64,000 nt of DNA from positions 21,152-85,151 of IMG/VR virus record IMGVR_UViG_3300032017_000001, one strand, 5' to 3'. The notes under the pieces are model-generated. The model saw only the letters and a program-made list of their open reading frames with translations. It was not told where the DNA came from and did no database searches. Below are positions 1 through 7,920 of the stretch, in pieces. Positions within the stretch are counted from its first letter, which is position 1; the number at the start of each line of letters is the position of its first letter. This DNA is from a virus. Lineage: Duplodnaviria; Caudoviricetes. The position numbers and the translations under genes were made by a program.

Positions 1-732
1 GACCGCCCGCATGCCCAGTGCGACGACTACGTCCGCCAGCTCCAGGCACAGCACATGGACGGCAACGGCTGGTCCGACATCGGATACAGCTTCGCCGTCT
101 GCACGCACGGCTACGTGTACGAGGGCCGCGGCCTGCGCCGCCGCAACTCGGCGAACGGCAACACCAGCCTGAACGAGCAGGACTACGCGGTGCTGCTGCT
201 CGTCGGCTCCTCCGGCCTCACCGAGCCCACCGACGCGCAGCTGCACGGCGCGCGCGACGCCATCGAGTACTGCCGCGAGGAGGGCCCCGCAGGGGACTGG
301 CTCGGCGGGCACCGCGACGGATACGCCACCGCCTGCCCCGGAGACGCGGTCTACGCGTGGGTCAAGGCCGGCGCGCAACGACCCAGCACGACCGAGGAGG
401 ACGACATGGCGCTCAGCAACGCCGACATGCAGAAGCTCGCGGACCTGGTGGCGAACCGGGTGTGGCGGACGGACAACATGCCCGTCCGCTGGGGCACCAC
501 CGAGAACCCCACCTGGGCGGCGTACAGCATCCTGCACCACGTCACCGAGGTGTCCCGCGAGAACCGCGGCCGCATCAAGGCTCTCCAGGCCGACGTCGGC
601 GCGCAGGCCGCAGTCCTCGCCCGGCTCGCCGAGGGCGGCGGACTCACCGCCGCCGAGATCCAGGCCGCCGCCGAAGCCGGCGCCCGCGCGGCGCTCGAGC
701 AGCTCGGCGAAACCCTCACCGACCAGAGCTGA
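1..732 (+). CDS. Endolysin, N-acetylmuramoyl-L-alanine amidase (PGRP/Amidase_2 type), 5' truncated by window
   Basis: Frame open from base 1; GWSDIGYSF...VYEGRG...GHRDGYATACPG amidase_2 motifs; followed by holin. Confidence 0.9.
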   Translation, partial: DRPHAQCDDYVRQLQAQHMDGNGWSDIGYSFAVCTHGYVYEGRGLRRRNSANGNTSLNEQDYAVLLLVGSSGLTEPTDAQLHGARDAIEYCREEGPAGDWLGGHRDGYATACPGDAVYAWVKAGAQRPSTTEEDDMALSNADMQKLADLVANRVWRTDNMPVRWGTTENPTWAAYSILHHVTEVSRENRGRIKALQADVGAQAAVLARLAEGGGLTAAEIQAAAEAGARAALEQLGETLTDQS

Positions 733-739
733 AGCGCCA

Positions 740-1081
740 GTGATCCTCAACCTCACTCCGCACCCGATCCGCCTGTACGCCGCCGAGCGAGAGGACGGCA
801 TCGACGACCTGGAGCCGCACCTGCGCGAGGTCATCGAGCCGGAGGCGACGCCCGCCCGGCTGGCCACGTCCGAAGTCAGCAGCGGCATGTGGCCCGTGCT
901 CGTCGAGTACGGGCACGCCCAGAACCTGCCGTCCAAGCGCGACGGCGTCCAGTACATCGTCTCCCTCGTCGTCGCCCTCGCGCTCGCCGACCGGCGCAGC
1001 GACCTGCTCGGTCCCTACCGCGAGGTCCGCAACGCCAGCGGAACCGTCATCGGCTGCCGCGCCCTCGCGCAGCCCGTCTGA
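740..1081 (+). CDS. Conserved phage hypothetical protein (NLTPHPI motif)
   Basis: ORF track; codon-coupled inside lysis cassette. Confidence 0.7.
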   Translation: MILNLTPHPIRLYAAEREDGIDDLEPHLREVIEPEATPARLATSEVSSGMWPVLVEYGHAQNLPSKRDGVQYIVSLVVALALADRRSDLLGPYREVRNASGTVIGCRALAQPV

Positions 1082-1093
1082 GAAGAGAACCTC

Positions 1094-1456
1094 ATGAAGA
1101 TCTTCGGCAGAGAGCCCGCTCTCATCATCGCCAGCGTCAGCGCGGGCCTGTCCCTGCTCGTCACCTTCGGGTTCGCCCTGTCCGCCGAGCAGGCCGGCGC
1201 GATCGTCGCCGTCATCAGCGCGGTACTCGCCGCGGCCACCGCCGCCGTCACCCGGCCCATCGCACCGTCCGCGTTCACCGGCCTCGTCGCCGCCGTCGCC
1301 GCGCTCCTCGCCGCCTACGGCCTCGACCTGTCCGCTGAGAAGATCGGCGCCATCAATGCGGTCGTCCTCGCCGGACTGGCACTCCTGACTCGCGTGCAGG
1401 TGTCCCCGTCCAGCCCGAGCGCGCCGGCCACGGCCGAACCCCCGCGGACGGTCTGA
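1094..1456 (+). CDS. Holin-like membrane protein
   Basis: IFGREPAL start, 3-4 hydrophobic helices, follows endolysin. Confidence 0.8.
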   Translation: MKIFGREPALIIASVSAGLSLLVTFGFALSAEQAGAIVAVISAVLAAATAAVTRPIAPSAFTGLVAAVAALLAAYGLDLSAEKIGAINAVVLAGLALLTRVQVSPSSPSAPATAEPPRTV

Positions 1457-1896
1457 TGCGAGCGGCGGTCCGGCGGCTGTCTAAGCGGCTGGGCCGCCGC
1501 GGCACGTTCCTGCTGATCCTCGGCGTCGGCAAGACGTGCTGGGGCGTGAGTTTCCTCGTCGACCCGCCCGACGATCGCGGGCTGAGGCTGCTCACCGACG
1601 TGTGTAGCCTCCGCCACTGGTCGTGGTTGTGGATCGTCTGCGGCCTGGTCACCCTCGGCTCCGCGTTCCTGCGCATCGGCCGGGACAAGCTCGGGTTCCT
1701 CGCTGCGTTCATACCCCCCACCGTGTGGGCCACCGCCTACACCGTCGCCGTCATCAGCGGCGACTACTCCCGCGGCGGCTTCGCCGCACTCTGGTATCTC
1801 ACCTCGCACGTCGGGGTCATCTGGTGGGCGAGCACGGTGCCCGAGTACTCGGTCCCCCCAGCGCCGCGACCGCCCCGGAAGGGTCAGGCGCCATGA
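1456..1896 (+). CDS. Lysis-cassette membrane protein
   Basis: Four hydrophobic segments; TGATG coupling to holin. Confidence 0.7.
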   Translation: MRAAVRRLSKRLGRRGTFLLILGVGKTCWGVSFLVDPPDDRGLRLLTDVCSLRHWSWLWIVCGLVTLGSAFLRIGRDKLGFLAAFIPPTVWATAYTVAVISGDYSRGGFAALWYLTSHVGVIWWASTVPEYSVPPAPRPPRKGQAP

Positions 1897-2255
1897 ATGT
1901 CGCCGAATGGGCAGGCATCGTCGGGGCTGCGGGCAGCATCCTCGGGGGCGGCGGGTGGTTCGTCTCCCGCGCCACCCGGGATGCTGCCCGAGCGACCGCC
2001 GCAGCGACCGAAGCCGCCGCCCGCGCCAACGCCGCGCCGGCACAGCAGGCCGCGAACCTGGCCGTCCTCGAAGCGACCGTGCGACGCGTCGATGAGGAGA
2101 ACGGGCAGCTGAGGGGGAAGATGTCCCGCCTGGAAACCGTCGTGCGCGCGTTCGCGTGGACGACGGACCGGTGGGTCCGCCAGATGCATCGGGCGGGGAT
2201 CGAGCCGGAGCCTGCGCATCCTCTGGTGGATGAGTACAACCGAACTGGAGTGTGA
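1893..2255 (+). CDS. Membrane-anchored coiled-coil protein of lysis cassette
   Basis: N-terminal TM (MNVAEWAGIVGAAGSILGGGGWF) then heptad region; ATGA coupling. Confidence 0.7.
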   Translation: MNVAEWAGIVGAAGSILGGGGWFVSRATRDAARATAAATEAAARANAAPAQQAANLAVLEATVRRVDEENGQLRGKMSRLETVVRAFAWTTDRWVRQMHRAGIEPEPAHPLVDEYNRTGV

Positions 2256-2257
2256 GT

Positions 2258-2602
2258 ATGCCTCAGCCTCCGCGCGCGATGGAACGCCGCATCGACCCGT
2301 CGGCGGCGGACGCGGCTTCGCTGGTAAGGCTCGGGCTCACCGCCCCGCAGCCGACACCATCGCCGCCCCCCGAACCTCCCACGCCCGCGCCGGCACCCGT
2401 ACCCCGACCGGTGCCCGACCCGGTCGACGAGGCCGAAGCCCTTCAGCTCTCGATGGCTCTCACAGAAGCCGGCATCACCCCGGCAGCCGAAGACCAGGCC
2501 GCAGTGCAGCAGCTGGCGAAGCTCGACGCGGAGACCGTCGCCACCGTGCAGCGCTGGCTGAAGAAGCGGGGCAAGCCCGAGACGCCCGGCGTCAGCAAGT
2601 AG
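2258..2602 (+). CDS. Hypothetical Pro-rich protein
   Basis: ORF track; GTG 2252 or ATG 2258, coupled. Confidence 0.6.
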   Translation: MPQPPRAMERRIDPSAADAASLVRLGLTAPQPTPSPPPEPPTPAPAPVPRPVPDPVDEAEALQLSMALTEAGITPAAEDQAAVQQLAKLDAETVATVQRWLKKRGKPETPGVSK

Positions 2603-2610
2603 GAGACCTC

Positions 2611-2703
2611 ATGGCCGACGAAGACGACGACCCGCCGTTCTGGCTGTCAGGCCGCCCGTTCCGCGAACCGGAGTGGCCCCCGACCGACGACGAACCCGCC
2701 TGA
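2611..2703 (+). CDS. 30-aa acidic micro-ORF (MADEDDDPPFWLSGRPFREPEWPPTDDEPA)
   Basis: AGGAGA RBS, ends just before terminator hairpin. Confidence 0.55.
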   Translation: MADEDDDPPFWLSGRPFREPEWPPTDDEPA

Positions 2704-2709
2704 ACGACT

Positions 2710-2748
2710 GCGCCCCGCACCCCCGCTTCGGCGGCGGGTGCGGGGCGC
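2710..2748. terminator. Intrinsic terminator hairpin (TTCG loop) between convergent genes
   Basis: gcgccccgcaccc-ccgc-ttcg-gcgg-cgggtgcggggcgc. Confidence 0.8.
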
Positions 2749-2765
2749 TTCGTCGCGCGATCAGA

Positions 2766-3122
2766 TTAGGAACCGCTGGCCTTGAGTTCGCATGACGGGC
2801 ACAGCGCACCGTGAGTGGGCTCCGGGCATCCTGGGGTACCGCAGATTCCCAGCGGGGGTCGGGTCGCACTGGGGATAGTCGTCTTGCCGCGCAGCAGCGA
2901 CTCGAGGACGACGGCGGCATGGTGGGCCTCCCGTGCGAGACCCTCGTCGCCGGCGACTTCGTCTGGGTCGAGGATTCTGCCATCCAGGTCGTGCTTGTGG
3001 ATGCGGTGCAGGATCTCCCATGGCAACTCGCTGCCGTCGAGGTCGCGCACACGGTACGCCTGGAGTAGGGCGTAGACGCGTTCGTAGTCTGCACGGACTA
3101 TGGGCCGTTCCTTAGATGTCAT
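2766..3122 (-). CDS. Hypothetical protein with C-terminal Cys cluster (CGTPGC...CPSC)
   Basis: ATG at 3122 within ORF 2766..3308; possible Zn ribbon. Confidence 0.55.
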   Translation of the reverse strand: MTSKERPIVRADYERVYALLQAYRVRDLDGSELPWEILHRIHKHDLDGRILDPDEVAGDEGLAREAHHAAVVLESLLRGKTTIPSATRPPLGICGTPGCPEPTHGALCPSCELKASGS

Positions 3123-3184
3123 GGCCGACAGGCTAGGTGGCGGCGTCAGTGAGAGGTTCCCCCTGGCTCCCGGGTGGTCGTCTC

Positions 3185-3214
3185 CGCCCTCGATAACATG
3201 CCATATCGCGGGCG
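3185..3214. promoter_or_regulatory. 11-bp inverted repeat with 8-bp spacer (lox-like site or operator), upstream of TACAAT -10 box at 3224-3229
   Basis: cgccctcgata-acatgcca-tatcgcgggcg, 10/11 arm match. Confidence 0.5.
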
Positions 3215-3234
3215 AAAAAACGGTACAATCAGGC

Positions 3235-3642
3235 ATGCCTTTGAACCCGCATGACGAGTCGTCAAGCCGCCACCAGGCGGGCGCCCAGCTGGTCGCCAGC
3301 CCTGACATCGACCCGGTGTACGACCCCCGCGCCTGGGAGACCTACCGCCGCGACGCCGGATGCGGATGCACCGCACCGGCCCCCGTCGACTGCAAGGTCC
3401 CTCACGGCACCGGCGCGTGGCTGTGCGTCTGCCACCGACTCAGCGGGCCGCCCATCAAGGACACCGACCCGCCGGGCGAGTTCCTCAGCTCCAAGGACGA
3501 GGCGATCCGCCGCCACTTCACCGACCCGAACCGCTGCACGTCCACCGACTGGATGTTCCGCTGCTCCCGGCCCGTCGGACACTTGGGCCACCACCGGCAA
3601 GGGCGCACGTTCTGGGGGCGCCAGACAGAGGACGAGGGGTGA
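3235..3642 (+). CDS. Cys/His-rich hypothetical protein
   Basis: ATG 5 nt after TACAAT, probably leaderless; ORF track frame 3100..3642. Confidence 0.55.
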   Translation: MPLNPHDESSSRHQAGAQLVASPDIDPVYDPRAWETYRRDAGCGCTAPAPVDCKVPHGTGAWLCVCHRLSGPPIKDTDPPGEFLSSKDEAIRRHFTDPNRCTSTDWMFRCSRPVGHLGHHRQGRTFWGRQTEDEG

Positions 3643-3884
3643 CGCACGTGACCGAGTCCAACGGCCTGCCGCGAAATCTCATTGCCGCCGCCCTTCGTAA
3701 ACGTGCCGAGAACGGGGGCCAACATCTGCATCACCGGGATTGCATCCACAACCTGCCGCCCGATGAGCAGGTCGCAATGCGCGGCAAGACCGTGGAGTGG
3801 TGGACGCGGGTGATAGGCCCGTTGCCCGAGCAGATCACACCCGATCAGTGGGAGACTGACCCGCCCACTCGGCGGCCGGAGTGA
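3639..3884 (+). CDS. Hypothetical protein
   Basis: GTGA coupling at both ends. Confidence 0.55.
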   Translation: MTHVTESNGLPRNLIAAALRKRAENGGQHLHHRDCIHNLPPDEQVAMRGKTVEWWTRVIGPLPEQITPDQWETDPPTRRPE

Positions 3885-4918
3885 ACGAGCCCGTGACCAA
3901 CCATGCCCTCGTCCCGCGTCAGCCGGACGCCACCCCCGCCGTCTACGACGCTGCGACGCTCGCCGTCCTCGCCGCGATGGAGGAAGCAGCCGAAAAGCAC
4001 CTCGACGCCATCCGCCCCCACAACACCAAACGCAGCTACGCCAACGACTGGGCGTTGTGGGCAGAGTTCCACGGCTGGCTCGCCGAACGGACCGGGCAGG
4101 CGTTGCCGCTGACCGCCGTCACGAAGGGCACGCTCGTCGGGTTCGTCGTCTGGCTCGACACCATCAAGCTCGCCGCGCCCAACAGCATCGACCGCCGCAT
4201 CACCGGCGTCACCGTCACCGCCCGGAATGAACACGGGGTCGAGGTGCCGAAGGCTGCGACGGTCGCCGCGCGGCAGGCGCTCAAGCCGATGAAGAACGAC
4301 CCCGAACGCATGGCGCGCGGCCGGGGGAAGGCCGCAGCCGCAACCCCCGAACAACTGCGCCAGATGAACGCCGCTGTCGCCGACGGACTCACCGGCCTGC
4401 GCGACCGCGCCCTCTGGCTCATGGCCTTCGCCATCGCCGGACGCTCCGCCGAGGTCGCCGCCCTCCGCGCCGACACCATCGTCCACGTCAGCCAAGGACT
4501 CGAAGTCCACGTCCCCGCCGTCAAAGGCCGCCCACCCCGTGACGTCGTCGTCCACTACGGCCGCAACCCCGACACCTGCCCTGTCCGCGCCTGGCTCACC
4601 TGGCGCGCCGCCGCAGGCATCACCACCGGCCCCGCCTTCCTGCCCATCACCGCCCACGGCCGCCTCGGCGACCGCGCCCTCTCACCGGAAGCCGTCCGAG
4701 AGATCATCGCCCGCAACGCCGAACGCGCCGGCCTCTCCGTCCGCCTCACCGGCCACTCCATGCGAGCCGGATTCATCACCACCTCTCGACGCGCAGGAAA
4801 GCGAGAGGAGAAGATCCGCGAACAGTCCGGCCACGCCGAGAACAGCCCCGCCTTCTGGGGCTACATCCGCGAAGCCGACAAGTGGACCGACGCAGCATCG
4901 GAGGACATCGGACTCTGA
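3881..4918 (+). CDS. Cre-like tyrosine recombinase/resolvase (second recombinase)
   Basis: RDRALWL...GRSAEV (Arg I), GHSMRAG (HxxR), SGH, FWGY catalytic set intact; N-terminal SAM-like domain. Confidence 0.9.
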   Translation: MNEPVTNHALVPRQPDATPAVYDAATLAVLAAMEEAAEKHLDAIRPHNTKRSYANDWALWAEFHGWLAERTGQALPLTAVTKGTLVGFVVWLDTIKLAAPNSIDRRITGVTVTARNEHGVEVPKAATVAARQALKPMKNDPERMARGRGKAAAATPEQLRQMNAAVADGLTGLRDRALWLMAFAIAGRSAEVAALRADTIVHVSQGLEVHVPAVKGRPPRDVVVHYGRNPDTCPVRAWLTWRAAAGITTGPAFLPITAHGRLGDRALSPEAVREIIARNAERAGLSVRLTGHSMRAGFITTSRRAGKREEKIREQSGHAENSPAFWGYIREADKWTDAASEDIGL

Positions 4919-4926
4919 GCATGCGA

Positions 4927-4956
4927 ACGCCCCCGCAGCTACGGCTGCGGGGGCGT
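4927..4956 (+). terminator. Terminator hairpin after recombinase
   Basis: acgcccccgcagc-tacg-gctgcgggggcgt, perfect 13-bp stem. Confidence 0.8.
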
Positions 4957-5450
4957 CGTGCTGTCCGGGCTCTCAGCCCCAGGCGGTGTCGTCGCTCATG
5001 GCGCCTCCCCAAGTAGGTGCGGCCTGCCAGCGGGGAGAACCCCACGCCCCCGAGGGGGTCGCTGCGAACGAGGCGGGCCGCCCGGCCACGGTACGCGGAA
5101 CACCGCCGTCCTGTCATGGGGTCGTGCCACACTGGCCGCAGACCCGCCGTGCCGTCCCCCGTCCTGGCGGGTCTTCTGCCATCCTGAAGCAGGCGGCAAT
5201 GCTCCCGGGGAGGCTCCTCGGACACCTGGCGGTGACGGCCGCCGCCCCCTGACGCGCCACTCGTGGTGCTCAGAGGCGACAGCCTGGCGTGGTCGCCAAC
5301 CCCCGAGCGCCCTGTCTGCCCCCAGCAGCGGGGCGCTCGCGCTGTCAGCGGCCCCTCGTAGACTGGCCGGACTATCAGCCCATGCTGGCGCAGTGCTGAG
5401 AACGCCCCGCCTGGTCACGCAGGCGGGGCGCGCTGCTAGAGGAGGACGCC

Positions 5451-5852
5451 GTGGACGACCTGGTGCAGTGGCTCGGGCAGCAGCTCGACGAGGACGAGCG
5501 GACCGCGCGGGCGGCGGGCGGGGCTTCGTGGGAGGAGCTACCGGTCAGTGGCTGGGTGCACACCGCACCACTGCCGACGTCCGAGTGGCAGCCGCCGGGG
5601 TATGACCATCACGTGGCATCCGCCCCGTTGGTCGAGGACCGGGCGCACATCGTGGCGCATGATCCGGCGCGGGTGCTGCGTGAGATCGCTGCCAGGCGGC
5701 AGGCCCTCGCCCACTACGCGCGGGTCTGCGAGCTCACGAAGGACGGCGACGAGGCGTACCTCCTGGCCGAGGGCGTGGTTGCCAAGCAGCTCCAGATCAT
5801 GGCTACGGCCTACGATCACCGGCCCGGCTACCGGGACGAGTGGCGCCCTTAG
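5451..5852 (+). CDS. DUF6221-like protein
   Basis: MDDLVQWL..LDEDE...HDPARVLREI...YDHRPGYRDEWRP family pattern; GGAGG RBS. Confidence 0.75.
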   Translation: MDDLVQWLGQQLDEDERTARAAGGASWEELPVSGWVHTAPLPTSEWQPPGYDHHVASAPLVEDRAHIVAHDPARVLREIAARRQALAHYARVCELTKDGDEAYLLAEGVVAKQLQIMATAYDHRPGYRDEWRP

Positions 5853-6046
5853 CCCTCCGGGTGCCGGACGGCCCGCTTGAGCGCCATCTCCGCCTTGTAC
5901 CGGTCGACTCGGGCCTCGGTCGCGTAGGCGGTCAGCCGGTCCTGTACCGCGCCCGCCAGCTCCGGCGTCAGTGAGCCGGCCTGGATCGCCGCCCACGCCT
6001 CACGCTCAGCCGCCAGCAGGTCATCAGGGAAGTCGAAGTCGCTCAC
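5849..6046 (-). CDS. Small hypothetical protein
   Basis: ORF track; protein-like helical composition. Confidence 0.6.
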   Translation of the reverse strand: MSDFDFPDDLLAAEREAWAAIQAGSLTPELAGAVQDRLTAYATEARVDRYKAEMALKRAVRHPEG

Positions 6047-6055
6047 GACCGGAGC

Positions 6056-6235
6056 CTACGCCGCGGTCGTCACCTCGACGCGCACGGCCTCCGCGTACTC
6101 CCGCAGCAGCTCCTCGTACTCGCCACGCTCCACATCCGACAACCGCCGGCGGGTGCGCTCCAGCAGGGCACGGATCTCCGCGTTCACCACAGCAGAAGGC
6201 CGCGCGGGACCCTGCGGAAGCGAGGCGGGAGACAT
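6056..6235 (-). CDS. Small hypothetical protein (SAVVNAEIRAL motif)
   Basis: ATG 6235; recurrent Streptomyces small-protein pattern. Confidence 0.6.
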   Translation of the reverse strand: MSPASLPQGPARPSAVVNAEIRALLERTRRRLSDVERGEYEELLREYAEAVRVEVTTAA

Positions 6236-6268
6236 GCCCCGATCGTATCCGCGAGCCCCGACAGTCAC

Positions 6269-6520
6269 CTATGAGTTCCCGGCGGGCGGCTGCGGCAGCT
6301 CCGTGACGAACGTCCCGATGCCCACCTGCATCTCCGCCAGGCCGGCCGCCCGCAGCTCCTTCAGTACACGCTTCGCCGTCACCTGGCTGATGCCGAACTC
6401 GTCGCACACCGCCATCGCCGACGGGAGCCGCTCGCCGGGCGGATACGTGCCGTCGAGGATGCGCTCCGACATCACGGCATACACCTGCCGCCACCTCGGG
6501 ATCTCCGGCTCCCACTTCAT
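6269..6520 (-). CDS. GntR-family winged-HTH regulator (HTH only)
   Basis: WRQVY..I.DGTYPPGERLPS...EFGISQVTAKRVL..L...GL...GIGTFV. Confidence 0.9.
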   Translation of the reverse strand: MKWEPEIPRWRQVYAVMSERILDGTYPPGERLPSAMAVCDEFGISQVTAKRVLKELRAAGLAEMQVGIGTFVTELPQPPAGNS

Positions 6521-6678
6521 GATCCCGGACGGTAGGCGGACCAACCCGAACACGCGAGATCAGTCGTCCCATACGGGCTATACCGCCTATCCCGCAGGGG
6601 TACCCTGCAATTGCAGGACCCCCGCGACCGCCGTCAACGGCCCGGGGGCATGGCCGACAGCCGCAAGGAGCCGTCAGC

Positions 6679-6909
6679 GTGGACGAGCCTACGGACCCCG
6701 CACCCGCACCCGGAAGACGGCCGCCCGTAGCCGCCGGTATCCGCCTCAGCCCCGTGCAGGAGGCGTGGAGCGCCTACGTCGAGCACAGCCTCCACGCCTG
6801 CCCGGTCTGCCGGCGCGTCGACGGCAGCCCCTGCGAGGCTGCCGAAGGCCTGTATGCCGCCTTCCAGGAGCTCGCCAATGCGGGCATGGACCGGATGCGG
6901 GAATCCTAA
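6679..6909 (+). CDS. Small Cys-containing hypothetical protein (HACPVC...C)
   Basis: ORF track; divergent from GntR gene. Confidence 0.6.
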   Translation: MDEPTDPAPAPGRRPPVAAGIRLSPVQEAWSAYVEHSLHACPVCRRVDGSPCEAAEGLYAAFQELANAGMDRMRES

Positions 6910-7070
6910 AGCGCTGGCCACAGCCTCAACGGCTGGTCACAGAAACACACCGGGTGCACGCTGTCTGCACAGATTGATGCAGCCGACACCCTTCCCTTAG
7001 TGGATCAACATGTTGTTGACTCAAAATCGGTAAGAGGCCGGTAAACCTTCAGGTGAGATCGCTGCCGCCC

Positions 7071-7277
7071 TCAGCCGTGAAGGAGGTCGGTGACGTGCAC
7101 CCGCAGTGCGTGGGCAATCAACAGCAGATCCGAGTACTGCGGATCCCGCACCGCATTCTCATACCGTTGGATCGAACGTCGCTCCATGCCGGCGAGGTGG
7201 GCCAGCTCCTCTTGGGATAGGCCTGCTTGGCGGCGTAGGTCGGCGACCCGGTGACCGAGGTCTACACGCTTTTGCAT
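7071..7277 (-). CDS. XRE-family HTH regulator
   Basis: LRRQAGLSQEELAHLAGMERRSIQRYENA; start 7277, ORF extends to 7334. Confidence 0.9.
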   Translation of the reverse strand: MQKRVDLGHRVADLRRQAGLSQEELAHLAGMERRSIQRYENAVRDPQYSDLLLIAHALRVHVTDLLHG

Positions 7278-7430
7278 GACCCAGGCGGGTCGGGGGTTGC
7301 GGCGAGATGGCACTCCGCACACGCTCAAGCGCACGCGATCTTGTGTCAGTACCCAAACGGTCGCCTAGTGATCGAGGATCGGCCCTGCGGTATGGCGTAT
7401 GCCGCAGGGCTATGGGTTCTGTCCGAAAAT

Positions 7431-7444
7431 CGAACGGACGTTCC
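7431..7444. promoter_or_regulatory. Possible LexA (SOS) box
   Basis: CGAAC-GGAC-GTTCC vs Gram-positive consensus CGAAC-N4-GTTCG (1 mismatch). Confidence 0.35.
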
Positions 7445-7730
7445 CTCTTTCGGGTGAATCAAGACTTCCACCTGCATCCATCCGGGAAGCCGGATGGTCA
7501 GGAGGGATACGCGTGTCGGCGAACCACGGAACGGGCGCCCCCTTTTGTGGTCGCCGACGCGAGCGCCCCCCGGCCCACCCGGGGTCGGGGGGCGCGCCGC
7601 TGGGAGATTTGGGAGACGTTCCGGGAGATGATCTTGCGGAAGGAACCCAGAGAAACGCCGAAGCAAGCCAGAGGAACACCCGCCGATCTGCACAGCAACC
7701 AGGGAACTTGCCACCCGCGCCCAGGTGGGG

Positions 7731-7826
7731 CACCGCGACGCCGCGATCTACACCATCTTCGAAGGCACGAGCGAGATCCAGCGCCTGGTGATCGCCCGCA
7801 CCTTGTCGGGCATGCCCATCCGCTGA
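7731..7826 (+). other. attP homology: 3' end of a host acyl-CoA dehydrogenase gene (HRDAAIYTIFEGTSEIQRLVIARTLSGMPIR*)
   Basis: Translates to the canonical ACAD C-terminal motif IxEGTSEIQRxVIAR, has no upstream gene body, adjacent to integrase. Confidence 0.85.
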
Positions 7827-7868
7827 GAACATTCCAGCAGCAGGACACGCATAGATCAACACCACGGA

Positions 7869-7900
7869 AACGGCCCCTCCTGCTTTCGGGAGGGGCCGTT
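7869..7900. terminator. Bidirectional hairpin terminator between attP fragment and integrase
   Basis: aacggcccctcc-8nt-ggaggggccgtt, 12-bp stem. Confidence 0.8.
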
Positions 7901-7920
7901 CCTTCGCGCCCAGGCGAAGA

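Noticed and set aside
7346-7865. ORFs 7346..7714, 7410..7865, 7307..8149 over the attP region
   Set aside because: Low-complexity frames crossing att arms and the ACAD fragment; no RBS or motif.
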